Below are positions 27,717 to 38,411 of a stretch of 64,000 nucleotides of DNA, in pieces. How positions within the stretch are numbered: position 1 is the first letter of the stretch; the number at the start of each line of letters is the position of its first letter. The DNA is from a virus (taxonomy: Duplodnaviria > Caudoviricetes). Position numbers and translations under genes: made by a program. Under the pieces are notes generated by a model, which had not been told where the DNA came from, did no database searches, and saw only the letters and a program-made list of their open reading frames with translations. The stretch covers positions 1 to 64,000 of the IMG/VR virus record IMGVR_UViG_3300032038_000041. One strand, written 5' to 3'.

Positions 27717-28349
27717 AAAGTATCATAAAATTTAGAGCCATGTAGTTATGAAAGAATTACTAGAGGATTACTTTGATAGAGGAGATTATAAAATAATTGA
27801 AGATACTAACGAAACTATGAAACTTGAACTAAGACAGGGATTAAGCAGCTCAAAAATTGGCACAAAAATGATTCAAAATAATAGTAGGTTTCATAGCTAT
27901 TGAACAAAGCTTAGAATTATGGAAAATAAAAGAAGGAGATTAATTTCTCCCTCTATTTTTTTTGTAATAAATATAAGATTTATGAAAGACAAAACACTTG
28001 TCGGAAAACAAACGTAAATACGACAAAATACGTTCCCTGTATTAGTTATCTATCCATCATACTATTGTAAAGAAGATTATATTATGAGACCTCCCAAGCT
28101 ATAACATAATCTTCCCCTATTATTTACTACATATATACATTAATAAGGATTTGGGGGCTTATTTTCAAAATAATCATTCTTTATTTTCTTCTGGTTTATT
28201 AAAAAATAAATATAGAGAACTTCTAAATTTACATTACTCTAGGTACATTCTCTACATATATAATGGTTTTACTTCATTTAAAGATGGATAAATAAAAAAA
28301 AGGCGCTAATCTTAATGATATAGCACCTCTTTTGTATAATGGTCGTTAG

Positions 28350-28817
28350 TTAAATCGACCAATCAAGCACATCTGCTACGGCGCTTTCGAAATTGCCGTA
28401 TCTCTTATATCTGTACCCATGCTGATTTAACGTGAGTAAGATATCTACGTTGTACTCTGGGCAATGTAGTCTCAACACATCACCCTCCTTCTTTCCCTCT
28501 AATACCTTCAGAGGGAGAAACTTTGGAAAATACCCGATGGTATAATCATCCTCAGTTCTTTTTTCTCGTTCATTTAACTCAATCCCGAGATGTTTCTGCA
28601 GGCCACCGTACTGGCTGGCCCAGTTATCACAGACGTCGGACGTCATCCACACTTCTATCATTACGTCCTCATCTACTACGTTGTCTATTCCGACCAGCCG
28701 ACGAAGCCGATCTTTCATCGTTTTTCTGGTTGACGTAATAAATTCGCCAAACTTCCCTGCAGGATTAGGGATAACAAACATGTCACCCTTAACCTCTCTT
28801 AAATTCTCCTTTTTCAT
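28350..28817 (-). CDS. Hypothetical protein
   Basis: 155 aa; promoter-leader cassette upstream. Confidence 0.65.
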   Translation of the reverse strand: MKKENLREVKGDMFVIPNPAGKFGEFITSTRKTMKDRLRRLVGIDNVVDEDVMIEVWMTSDVCDNWASQYGGLQKHLGIELNEREKRTEDDYTIGYFPKFLPLKVLEGKKEGDVLRLHCPEYNVDILLTLNQHGYRYKRYGNFESAVADVLDWSI

Positions 28818-28947
28818 AATTGTTTATTTTTATTGTTAATATTTCGAAAAATAAAACACCAAAAGATAATAAATCTTAAGGTATTTTTCTATACATATAT
28901 AAGGCTTTGATGCTATTTTCAGGCGGTTAAAAAGAAAAGGGAATTTT

Positions 28948-29367
28948 TCATCCCTTCTCCTTTTTGAGTATACCTTCAACTAGTTTTACTTTTCCATTCT
29001 TATAGCCAGTTAATATGACTTGATATTTATTGTTTTTTACTTCAATTACCAAAGAGTGTATTTTATCAATTAATCCCTCTTTGAGGTTAATAACCAAGTC
29101 TTCTGCTACTAGATCTTTTTCTACAGTATCTGAATGTCCTTCTGGTTTATATTCTCTATAGTAAACTAGTTTATCGTCCACTTTTATGCAGTCATACATT
29201 GCCAATGCAATAACCACACTCTCTTTTATCTCTTTTGGGTACCTAAAGGTCCCTAGGACTTTTAACTCGCTCTTCTTTTTATTCTTACCGAGTTTAGTCT
29301 TAATCCATGTACAACCAAGTGCTTCTAATCCAGCCCCGGCATAAATAACTACTTTTTTCTTTTTCAT
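28948..29367 (-). CDS. Hypothetical protein
   Basis: 139 aa; promoter-leader cassette upstream. Confidence 0.6.
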   Translation of the reverse strand: MKKKKVVIYAGAGLEALGCTWIKTKLGKNKKKSELKVLGTFRYPKEIKESVVIALAMYDCIKVDDKLVYYREYKPEGHSDTVEKDLVAEDLVINLKEGLIDKIHSLVIEVKNNKYQVILTGYKNGKVKLVEGILKKEKG

Positions 29368-29533
29368 ATTTATTAATTCTTTGATTTAAAAAATAAAATG
29401 TAATAGACTCCTAAAATCTTTAATTCCTTTAGGTATATCTTATTACATATATAAGGCTTTGAAACTATTTGAAAATGGTTAAAAAAGAAAAGTGACTATC
29501 AGTCACCTTCCTTAGTAGAGGCACGCTAATACG

Positions 29534-29920
29534 TCAGAATCTAGCTCCGACTCTCTTAGCAGTTTCTAGAACGTCTCCGGGCTTTACGAATCCCATAATG
29601 TCTTCTACCTCGACACCATCCAATGCATCCTGAAGGTCTAATCTGCTACCATCAGAGAGATCTACGCCTACATGACGTCCGTACTTATCCCAGGCTTTCT
29701 CGCAGAGAGCATCCTGTAATATCCGTTGCCACTCTACCTTACCCATAGACTTTCCGAACTTGTAGATAAGAATCGCCCCTCCGATGACTGCTGCCACCTT
29801 CAAAGTTGTCTTAACGACGTTCTTCACTCGCTCGCTTGTTGCGGCCTCCTTAACTCGGGAAAAAAGCTTCGTACACATAATACAAATCAGCTTAAGGGTT
29901 ATGCGGGCAATATTACCCAT
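29534..29920 (-). CDS. Hypothetical membrane protein
   Basis: 128 aa, hydrophobic VAAVIGGAILIY. Confidence 0.6.
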   Translation of the reverse strand: MGNIARITLKLICIMCTKLFSRVKEAATSERVKNVVKTTLKVAAVIGGAILIYKFGKSMGKVEWQRILQDALCEKAWDKYGRHVGVDLSDGSRLDLQDALDGVEVEDIMGFVKPGDVLETAKRVGARF

Positions 29921-30034
29921 TTTACTTTTAATTTTCTTTTTTATATAATACCCCTTAGCGTGTATACTTTTTCCTCATATATAAGGCTTTGATACCATTA
30001 TCAGACGGTAAAAAGAAAAGGGCAGTTTCCTACC

Positions 30035-30274
30035 CTATTTTCTCATATACTTTTCTGGAAGATTAGAATCATAATAAGCCAAGCCATCACTACAAAAATC
30101 CCATGTATCAGAAACTTCACGCATCCTAGTAGGAATATTCTCTTCCCTTCTTGAATTAATTGCTATTTTTGTTCTACGACGGAACTTCTTGTTAGCGAGA
30201 ATCTTATCTCTTTTGTCAGATTGTTTTCTTCCTCCAGCTTTCATTGCTTTTGTTTTTGATTTACTTCTACTCAT
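30035..30274 (-). CDS. Small basic hypothetical protein (MSRS...ANKKFRR type)
   Basis: 79 aa, highly K/R-rich. Confidence 0.65.
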   Translation of the reverse strand: MSRSKSKTKAMKAGGRKQSDKRDKILANKKFRRRTKIAINSRREENIPTRMREVSDTWDFCSDGLAYYDSNLPEKYMRK

Positions 30275-30334
30275 AATTTTATCTGTTTAAATAAAATAGG
30301 GGATTGGCAATTTAAAGCATCTCCCCTTTTACAC

Positions 30335-30451
30335 TTACCATTTCTGCGCAATCCTCTTCCCGCTATACCACCCAAAACTAATGAGATATGGTACTGTGAG
30401 AACTGCTGATGCAATAAGCGCTGTACTAATAAGTTCTTTAACTTTTTCCAT
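30335..30451 (-). CDS. 38-aa membrane microprotein
   Basis: MEKVKELISTALIASAVLTVPYLISFGWYSGKRIAQKW downstream of promoter at 30520-30537. Confidence 0.5.
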   Translation of the reverse strand: MEKVKELISTALIASAVLTVPYLISFGWYSGKRIAQKW

Positions 30452-30562
30452 AATTCTGCTGTTAAATTTAAAATAATAAAGACTCTAAAGTACACTTCAC
30501 TTTAGGTAATCTTTCTCTACATATATAAGGCTTTGAAACTAATTTGGAACGGTAGATATATT

Positions 30563-31003
30563 TTACCATTCTACATCATGTTTTAATATTCCCTCTGGCA
30601 CTATTCCAGTATAATATCTTGTTTGTAATACGTGCCTGTCTAGTTTAGGATTATATATAGCTTCAATCATTAAATTCTCCGGTATAATAAATTCAAATGC
30701 CGTTACTTCTTCTAAAATATCTTTTGGACATTGAAAAATAGCTTCATCCACAGAAGGTCTTAAGAATGCATAATATCCTCCATACCTATGATATGTTTCT
30801 ATAGTTCTTAAAGGTACTAAGATACTCTTAACCTCTTTCAAATAGGTTGGATCGAATGTACAAGATTCTCCATGGATTTTCTTAGATTCTATCCACCAAA
30901 GTTTCCCATTTCTCTTCATTACAGGTTTAATCCTTCCTGCATACCTAATTATATCTTCCCTAGACATTAAATTTTCTAATACTTGTAATTCTTCTCTTTC
31001 CAT
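30563..31003 (-). CDS. Hypothetical protein
   Basis: 146 aa ORF. Confidence 0.65.
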   Translation of the reverse strand: MEREELQVLENLMSREDIIRYAGRIKPVMKRNGKLWWIESKKIHGESCTFDPTYLKEVKSILVPLRTIETYHRYGGYYAFLRPSVDEAIFQCPKDILEEVTAFEFIIPENLMIEAIYNPKLDRHVLQTRYYTGIVPEGILKHDVEW

Positions 31004-31132
31004 AACAAAAATAAGGGGCTCAGGTTATTCACCCTGTCTACTACTGTTATACTTTCTGAGAACCGTTTCAAAGGTCTCATTTATTAGATTATTCTCTCTT
31101 ACATATTTCAAGAGTCCCTCAAATCCTTACCT

Positions 31133-31864
31133 ATGATTATGAAAATATCAGAAATAGTAAAGAATATTAAGGAGACTGTAGAAAAGACTCCATTGAAGCT
31201 CGATGAGAATCAGGGCTTCGGTAAGTTAAATGAGGACTTAGTTAATAATGCTCTTGTTAAATTATGTGAAATGTGGAACAAGGATGACAATTCAAGACGC
31301 TTCGTAAAGCATCTCATAAAAAGTTTTGTTCCCATTGTAGCAACCAATAAGATATTGGTATTTTCAGAAGAGGATATTAATAATGGTAAGAATCGGTGTT
31401 GTATCCTTGGTATTAAGTTAGCAGGAGTAACTACAATAGCAGAAGCCGTTACTAAGTGGACCATGGAAAAAGCGTCTATTGATGCAAAGGCGTTGAAAGA
31501 GAATCGTAAGGAACTTCATCCCTGGGAAGTTCGTAAACTCGAGAAGATTAAGAGAAGCTTCCCAATTGAAGTACGTAATCATACTGTAGCCTACTTCTCA
31601 CCTGATTCTAATAAGCTTCTAGCAGGAGAGACAATTGGTGCACTAAACTATTTTGTAAGTAGATGTATCGAACAAGGTGAAAAAGAAGTATCGTATATCA
31701 TTCGTCAAAAGATGCATCCTGAAGTGAAGGAAAATAAACCTAAGAAAAAGAAAGGATTCGTTCAAAAAGGAACTTATGATATAAAAGATATGGTAGATGA
31801 GGGAACTCTCAGTAAACTAAGTGCTCTAAAAAAACAACTTGGTAAAGAACAGAAAGGGAAATGA
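31133..31864 (+). CDS. Hypothetical protein
   Basis: 243 aa ORF with promoter motif. Confidence 0.65.
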   Translation: MIMKISEIVKNIKETVEKTPLKLDENQGFGKLNEDLVNNALVKLCEMWNKDDNSRRFVKHLIKSFVPIVATNKILVFSEEDINNGKNRCCILGIKLAGVTTIAEAVTKWTMEKASIDAKALKENRKELHPWEVRKLEKIKRSFPIEVRNHTVAYFSPDSNKLLAGETIGALNYFVSRCIEQGEKEVSYIIRQKMHPEVKENKPKKKKGFVQKGTYDIKDMVDEGTLSKLSALKKQLGKEQKGK

Positions 31865-31915
31865 TCCCTTTCTTTTTCCTTATATATGTGAAAATTATAA
31901 ATAATAAAATATATT

Positions 31916-34645
31916 ATGGAAGATATTAAACTTAGTAAAGATCTTGCTTCAAGGCTAAAAGAATCATATGAAGTTGCAAAAAAAGAAAACCTTAATATGG
32001 TTACATTAGAAAACGTACTCTATCAAGTATGCAACATCTATTGTTCTGGTAGTGGAGACGACGAATCATTAAAGAAATTCTTCTCTGATATGAGAGAACA
32101 GGATAGACAAACTATATATAAAACAGCAGAACAAATCTTTGAAACTAATAAGGTTACTCTGCAAGTTCCTGATAAACTCAAACCAGATGAAGAAACTGGA
32201 ATAACATTATCAAAACTTCTTAAAAAAGTTCTTACAAAAGCTAAAGACAGAAAACAAGCAATGTCTTTTGTAAGTGAAGATGAAACTCTCGAAGTTACAA
32301 CTGATGTATTCTTTCTTGAGATTATTGATCATCCAGATTGTACTCTCCTCAACAGAACAAAAGTAAAAGTTAGTGATTTAGAAGATGCTATTAGATTTAA
32401 TAGTTTTGCAGAGGCTCTTTCTAGTGGATTTGGAACTCTAAAAGAGAAAACTATTGAAACAAAAGATGAAAGCACAGGTTTGGATGAATTTTTAAAGAGT
32501 ATCGGATTTAAATCAGAAGCAAATAAAGTTGATATGAAAAAAGATGATGAAGAGTTTGATAAAGCAGGACAAAGCGAAGCAGTAAGCAGTAAAGCTGTAG
32601 ACCCAAACTCCAAAACCCCATTCCTTGATCAATTTTCAGTTAATATGACTAAAGATGCCAAAGCAGGGAAGTTTGATCCTATGATTGGTCGACAGAATGA
32701 ACTTGAACAGATTATAAAGATTCTCTGTTGCCGTAAAAAGAATAATGTTCTTGCAATAGGACCTGGAGGTGTTGGTAAAAGTGCTATCGTTGAAGGTCTT
32801 TCACAGAGAATTGTAACAAACCAAGTTCCACTTGAACTTCAAGGTAAGCGAATCTGTAGTCTTGATCTTAATGCTCTTGTCTCTGGTACTAAATATAGAG
32901 GCGAGTATGAAGAGAGATTGCAAGGAATTATCAAAGAAGTTTGTGATAATAAAGATATCATTGTTTATATTGACGAATTCCATAACTTAATAGGTAATGG
33001 TGGTGCTTCTGGATCTGGAGACGGTGCGAATATTCTTAAACCTTATCTAGCTCGTGGTGAGTTTCAATGTATTGGCTCAACCACCGATGATGAGTATAGA
33101 AAATATATTAAAGACGGAGCTTTAAAAAGACGTTTCCAGATTGTAAGAATTAATGAGCCTACGGAAGAAGAAACTGTTCAAATTCTTAAAGGATTAGCGC
33201 CTAAGTATGAAGAATATCATAAAGTTAAGTATCCCCTTGCCACACTTAAAGCATGTGCTGAGTGGTCTGGACGATATATAACTGAACGATTCTTCCCTGA
33301 TAAAGCAATTGATCTAATGGATACTGCAGGAGCTCAACTCAAACTCGAGAAAGTTCATGATACAACTGAAATCGATGAAGTAAAAACAGAGATTGAGAAA
33401 ATAAAGAAAGAAAAACAAGATGCAGTTGAAGCACAAGACTTTGAACTAGCTGCACAGAAAAGAGATGAGCAGGTGAAACAACAAGAAAAACTGGAGTCTC
33501 TCTTAAAGGCTATGGAAAAGTCAGAAAATAATAGAAAATTCTGGCCTGAAGTAACCGTAAATAATGTAGCTTATGTAATTTCTAATCTCAGCGGAGTACC
33601 TATTGATAGTATCTACCATTCAGACTTTAATAAACTTAAGTCAATGAAGGACGAACTTAAGTCAATGGTAATTGGACAAGATGAGGCTATTAATGAGGTT
33701 TGTACTTCATTGCAGAGAAACTTCTTAGGATTTAGAGATGAAACTAAACCTATTGGAAGACTCTGCATGCTCGGTGTTAGTGGATGTGGTAAAACCTATC
33801 TGGCAGAACAAATCGCTATTAAACTTTATGGATCTAAGGATGCTTTAATTAAAGTTAATATGGGTGAGTATGCAGGTGATAGTGACATTAACCTCAGTAA
33901 ACTTATTGGTGCAGGACCAGGATTTATTGGATATGATGATAAACCAATCCTCGAAGAAGTAAGTGAGAAAAGACACTGTATCCTCTTGATTGATGAGGTT
34001 GAAAAATCTAGTAAAAAGGTATTTGATATTTTCTTGAACATCCTCGATAAGGGTGAATGTACACTTGGAAATGGAAAAGTAGTAGACTTTAGAGATACTA
34101 TGATCCTCTTTACAGGAAACCTTGGAACTAAGGAACTTGGAAAGGTAGGATCTGGTCTTGGATTTAATAAGGCTACTACAAAGGAAAGCCAACAAAAGCT
34201 AAATCAAGAGACAGTAATGAAGGCAGTCAAGAAAACCTTTAGACCAGAATTCATTAATCGACTTGGAGGAATAATTATCTTCAATAACCTTGGAAAAGAT
34301 GAACTGAAGAAAATATTCGTTCTTGAATTGGATAAACTAAAAACAAGAATGAAAAAACGTGGATATAATCTTAAAGTCACTAATGCAACTAGAGATATGA
34401 TCATTGATAAGTGTGATCTTACTTATGGAGCTAGAGACCTTCAAAGAGAAATCCAGAAATATGTTGAAGAGGAAGTTTGTAATGCTATGCTCCTTGGAGA
34501 TGAAGAATCTTTTAAAAGGATTACAGAAGCAAATGTAGACTACAAGGATGGAAAAGTGATTGTAAACTTCAAATATAAAAAACAATCCATACATACAACT
34601 CCTTCTCAACAGGAAACAAAAGAAGAGGAAGTTCAAAATGTTTAA
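31916..34645 (+). CDS. clpC: ClpC-like AAA+ unfoldase
   Basis: GPGGVGKS, GTKYRGEYEERL, YIDEFH, UVR coiled coil AVEAQDFELAA, GVSGCGKT, LIDEVEK, FRPEFINR, YGAR. Confidence 0.9.
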   Translation: MEDIKLSKDLASRLKESYEVAKKENLNMVTLENVLYQVCNIYCSGSGDDESLKKFFSDMREQDRQTIYKTAEQIFETNKVTLQVPDKLKPDEETGITLSKLLKKVLTKAKDRKQAMSFVSEDETLEVTTDVFFLEIIDHPDCTLLNRTKVKVSDLEDAIRFNSFAEALSSGFGTLKEKTIETKDESTGLDEFLKSIGFKSEANKVDMKKDDEEFDKAGQSEAVSSKAVDPNSKTPFLDQFSVNMTKDAKAGKFDPMIGRQNELEQIIKILCCRKKNNVLAIGPGGVGKSAIVEGLSQRIVTNQVPLELQGKRICSLDLNALVSGTKYRGEYEERLQGIIKEVCDNKDIIVYIDEFHNLIGNGGASGSGDGANILKPYLARGEFQCIGSTTDDEYRKYIKDGALKRRFQIVRINEPTEEETVQILKGLAPKYEEYHKVKYPLATLKACAEWSGRYITERFFPDKAIDLMDTAGAQLKLEKVHDTTEIDEVKTEIEKIKKEKQDAVEAQDFELAAQKRDEQVKQQEKLESLLKAMEKSENNRKFWPEVTVNNVAYVISNLSGVPIDSIYHSDFNKLKSMKDELKSMVIGQDEAINEVCTSLQRNFLGFRDETKPIGRLCMLGVSGCGKTYLAEQIAIKLYGSKDALIKVNMGEYAGDSDINLSKLIGAGPGFIGYDDKPILEEVSEKRHCILLIDEVEKSSKKVFDIFLNILDKGECTLGNGKVVDFRDTMILFTGNLGTKELGKVGSGLGFNKATTKESQQKLNQETVMKAVKKTFRPEFINRLGGIIIFNNLGKDELKKIFVLELDKLKTRMKKRGYNLKVTNATRDMIIDKCDLTYGARDLQREIQKYVEEEVCNAMLLGDEESFKRITEANVDYKDGKVIVNFKYKKQSIHTTPSQQETKEEEVQNV

Positions 34646-34709
34646 TATTATAAAAGATTAGGCCTAAAAGCTTAGTCTTTTATTTTTTAACCTTGAAATT
34701 CTTATATGT

Positions 34710-34874
34710 GAGGAATTGATCTAATTGTTAGGTCGGTAAGGTGTTATGAAGACTAAGCATCTTACCTAGGAGAGATGTGTTCTGGAGGTAATTAAGGTGA
34801 CTTTCCTTCGGGATTGAATTATCTCTGGAACTTCTCTCTGAAAATTCCTTAAAGAGGCATTATGCTTCTTTTTT
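34710..34874 (+). ncRNA. Candidate stand-alone structured ncRNA
   Basis: Promoter motif 34693-34710; closing stem GAGGAATT/AATTCCTT with three internal hairpins; terminator 34851-34874. Confidence 0.6.
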
Positions 34875-34966
34875 ATTTCGTATAAGTAGTAATTGATATT
34901 ACTACTACTTATTATAGCCTATTTAGAAAAACGCACAAAAATCGAACAAAGAAAAAAGGGAGTCTT

Positions 34967-35317
34967 TTAACTCCCAAAGGCATGATTGCAAAATATATCT
35001 GCAAACGTAAGAATATTATTGATGGCTTCTCTATCAACCTCACGACGTGAATCTACCAACCTTTTATATGTTTGAATTCTAAGACCCAATTCAAAGGCTT
35101 TTAATTTTAATTCCTTCTTTTTATACTTAGAGCCATCAGGTTTACAAAATTCACAAGGAAAACCATCTACCATAATCGTAGCCGTTCCACTATCAAATAA
35201 TGCCTTTTGTTGCTCAAGCATAAAAATCTCTGCCTGACCAATCACAATATTCTTTTCTGTAAATGAATTGGCCGTTTCATATCTATACCTATAATACATT
35301 TCTCCAGTTTTCTTCAT
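34967..35317 (-). CDS. Hypothetical protein
   Basis: ORF track 34967..35368; start trimmed to below the promoter motif. Confidence 0.55.
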   Translation of the reverse strand: MKKTGEMYYRYRYETANSFTEKNIVIGQAEIFMLEQQKALFDSGTATIMVDGFPCEFCKPDGSKYKKKELKLKAFELGLRIQTYKRLVDSRREVDREAINNILTFADIFCNHAFGS

Positions 35318-35454
35318 AATTCTACTTTTTATATTTTTTATTTTCATCTCTATTATTAAGGCTATCAAGCTTACGAAAGAGTTGAATAAAATTAATTATA
35401 TTTGATACTATAATATCATACATTCTATAATAAAGATAAGGAAATGTTTAATTA

Positions 35455-36080
35455 CGTATGGTTGATTGATGAATGACCGAAGGGAATGAAGATAAGCGAC
35501 CATAACTATTCATCATTAAAAACGTTTGGCCTACCCTAAATCTCTCACTTCGTTCAAGATTTGCCGCCCACACCGGCCAAACTAATAACATCTCCGCTTT
35601 CAGCGAATCTGTAGGTAATATATGACAATAAAAAATATAATATGAGTTAGGTGTAGTTTGTAATCGAGTTGAGGAGCGTAGCGACGAAAAATGATAACCA
35701 AGTGAAACGAGGGATGAAAACTACACCTATAATCTCTTTTTATCACATATGTTGTCCCCTATCCTTCGTCACTTCGTTCCTTGTCTAGCCGACCACTCGT
35801 TCCGCTTCGCTCCACTTCCACAACATATGTGTCTTTTTTAAATTGTCATATACTATATGGATTTCTTCAATTTAAAAACATAAATGAAGGGCTGGCGTGG
35901 TGGGCTAGGTTGGAATGGAGTGTAACGAAATGGAAAACTAGGGCAAGCCCTGAATACTTAACTTATACTTTGTTATAGGATGAGGGTTAGGTTTGGTTGG
36001 CGAAGGAACTGAATAACGAAGCCAGAATGAAATGATGGCGAAGTATTAAATGAAGTTACGGAGGGAAAACCCGAAGACTT
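35455..36080. other. Non-coding hairpin array, candidate replication origin
   Basis: Nested inverted repeats with purine-rich GA/GAA loops in both orientations. Confidence 0.45.
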
Positions 36081-36097
36081 TTTAATAAATACTAAAA

Positions 36098-36266
36098 TGC
36101 ATTATTTTTTAAATTAACTATTCTTTTTAAAGGATAAACAATAAAATAACTAATAAAATAATGCAAATTTTATTAATACATCTTATAGTAAATTATAGTG
36201 TACTATTTTTTAAATTAACTATTCTTTTTAAAGGATAAACAATAAAATAACTAATAAAATAGTACA
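36098..36266. repeat. Two 68-bp direct repeats (58-bp identical core), 101-bp period
   Basis: 36103-36160 = 36204-36261; each closed by its own inverted repeat. Confidence 0.9.
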
Positions 36267-36389
36267 AATTTTGCGTCTAGGATAGTATTAAATCCTTAAA
36301 GATGTAGAACAACTTAACAACAGAGAGAACAACTATTATATATTAAACAAAAACGACTCTTTTGTTAAGTTTTAATTTTAGAAATATTT

Positions 36390-38411
36390 ATGGAAAAACA
36401 AGTTATTGAAGTTCCTGCTGGTATTAGATATATATCAGATTGGAAAGAATTTAGAATGCTAGAATTTCCCCATATTATTGATAAGAAGATCCCAGGTTGT
36501 GGTTTTACTGAGTATTGTCTTAGAAATAATATGAACCTGATTCTTGTAAGCCCTCGCAAGATTCTTTTGGAGAACAAGGAAGAACAGCATAAGAAGGAGG
36601 GTAGGGAAATTCTTTATGTCAAGAGTGCTCTTAGTGTTGAAATGGCAATGGATAAAGATATTTCAAAGAGACCTAAAAGTGGAAAATCTAAGATAAAGTT
36701 AACTGATGAAGAGCTTAAAAAGAGGGCAAAATTAGCTAAAGAGGATTATGATAGAATAAGTGGTGAGATCCAAAATTATTGGGATACGTGTTTTAACAGG
36801 ATTCCATGTAAGATTCTTGTAACATATGATTCTTATCGAAAAGTAAAAGATATTTTAATTAATAAGGGAATATTTCAAGAATTTTATACTGTAGTAGATG
36901 AATTTCAATCAATTTTCGTAGACGCCAAATTCAAAAGTACTACCGAAATGGAATTTGTTACGGCATTACAAGGAGTAAGTAGACTTTGTTATGTTTCAGC
37001 TACACCGATGATCGACTCTTACTTAGCTAAACTTGATGAATTTAAAGATCTACCTTATTTTGAACTAGATTGGGAGACTTTACAACCAGAACGTGTTAGT
37101 AAACCAGACTTAGAAGTAAAGATACTTAGATCTTTATCAAATTCAGCTAAAGCCATTATTAAAAGGTATAAAGACGGTAACTTTGACACTGCAACTATCA
37201 TAGATCCACAAACTATGCAACAGAAAATAATAGAATCAAGAGAAGCTATATTTTATGTTAATAGTGTTAATAACATTTGTAGTATTATTAGAAATTGTGG
37301 TCTTGATCCGGAAGAAGTAAATATTCTCTGTGCAAATACACCAGATAATACTAGAAGAATTAGAACAAAGCTTGGTAAAGGTTTTACAATTGGTAGAGTT
37401 CCGTTATATGATGAGCCGAGAAAAATGTTTACCTTCTGTACAAGAACAGTATACTTAGGTGCAGACTTCTATAGTGATAATGCTAAAACTTATATCTTAT
37501 CAGATGCTAATATTGATTCAATGGCAGTAGATATAACATTAGACCTTCCTCAAATTCTTGGAAGACAGAGACTTTCAATTAATCCTTGGAAGGATAAGGC
37601 TGATGTCTACGTAAAGGTCATAATGAAAAATAATCAGCAAGCTATTAATGAATTTAAAGAGATGATTGATAAGAAAATTGAAAAGACAACATCATTACTT
37701 GATTCTTGGAAGGATGTATCTACTGAGAAGAGAAGACAGGATCTTGCTGAAATTTATCAACAGATAGCTGAGATATTGAATTATAGGGATAACTATGTAG
37801 CTGTAAATAGTTACAATAGTGCATCTCTATTGCCAGTAATGAATGATCTTGCACTAATTTCAGAACAAAGAGCGTATGATGTGCAGCAATTAGATTACAA
37901 AGACCGTTTTAGTGTCTTTAATTCTATAGAAAATCAATTTAATATTGAATTAGAACGAGAAGTTAATAATTTCTTACTACAATTCAATGCATTAGAAGAT
38001 GGATTTTTCTATAAAATGAAATATGTATGTGAAACTTTACCTGGAAAGTCTATAGAAATTCAGACAAAAATCATCAATGAATTACCTAAGTCTTATCGAG
38101 AATTTTATATTACACTTGGTCCTAATAGATTACAAGCATTAGGATATAATTTTCAATTAATAAAAAGTAGTATGGATCAAATCAATTTTGATATTAATAC
38201 TTTGAATAATACTATATACAATAACTTTCAGATTGGAGAAAAATGTAGTAAAGCTAGTATTAAAACAAAATTGCAAGATCTTTATAATCAAATTGGTTAT
38301 AAAAAGACAGCTAAAGCATCGGACTTAGAGCAGTGGTTTGAATTAAAGTCTGTATTGTTGTCTGAAAATGGTAAAAGAATTCATGGTTTTGAGATAGTGA
38401 AGAAGAAATAA
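36390..38411 (+). CDS. Superfamily-2 helicase-like protein
   Basis: PGCGFT, VVDEFQ, YVSATP, CTRTVYLGADF, QILGRQR. Confidence 0.7.
   Translation: MEKQVIEVPAGIRYISDWKEFRMLEFPHIIDKKIPGCGFTEYCLRNNMNLILVSPRKILLENKEEQHKKEGREILYVKSALSVEMAMDKDISKRPKSGKSKIKLTDEELKKRAKLAKEDYDRISGEIQNYWDTCFNRIPCKILVTYDSYRKVKDILINKGIFQEFYTVVDEFQSIFVDAKFKSTTEMEFVTALQGVSRLCYVSATPMIDSYLAKLDEFKDLPYFELDWETLQPERVSKPDLEVKILRSLSNSAKAIIKRYKDGNFDTATIIDPQTMQQKIIESREAIFYVNSVNNICSIIRNCGLDPEEVNILCANTPDNTRRIRTKLGKGFTIGRVPLYDEPRKMFTFCTRTVYLGADFYSDNAKTYILSDANIDSMAVDITLDLPQILGRQRLSINPWKDKADVYVKVIMKNNQQAINEFKEMIDKKIEKTTSLLDSWKDVSTEKRRQDLAEIYQQIAEILNYRDNYVAVNSYNSASLLPVMNDLALISEQRAYDVQQLDYKDRFSVFNSIENQFNIELEREVNNFLLQFNALEDGFFYKMKYVCETLPGKSIEIQTKIINELPKSYREFYITLGPNRLQALGYNFQLIKSSMDQINFDINTLNNTIYNNFQIGEKCSKASIKTKLQDLYNQIGYKKTAKASDLEQWFELKSVLLSENGKRIHGFEIVKKK

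Noticed and set aside
30271-30495. 74-aa ORF from the track
   Set aside because: Starts within the leader hairpin and crosses a terminator-like hairpin; the 38-aa ORF in another frame is more plausible
35781-35978. 65-aa ORF
   Set aside because: Lies within the hairpin array, TTG start, atypical composition
36098-36266. CRISPR array
   Set aside because: Only two long AT-rich copies, no spacer series, no cas genes
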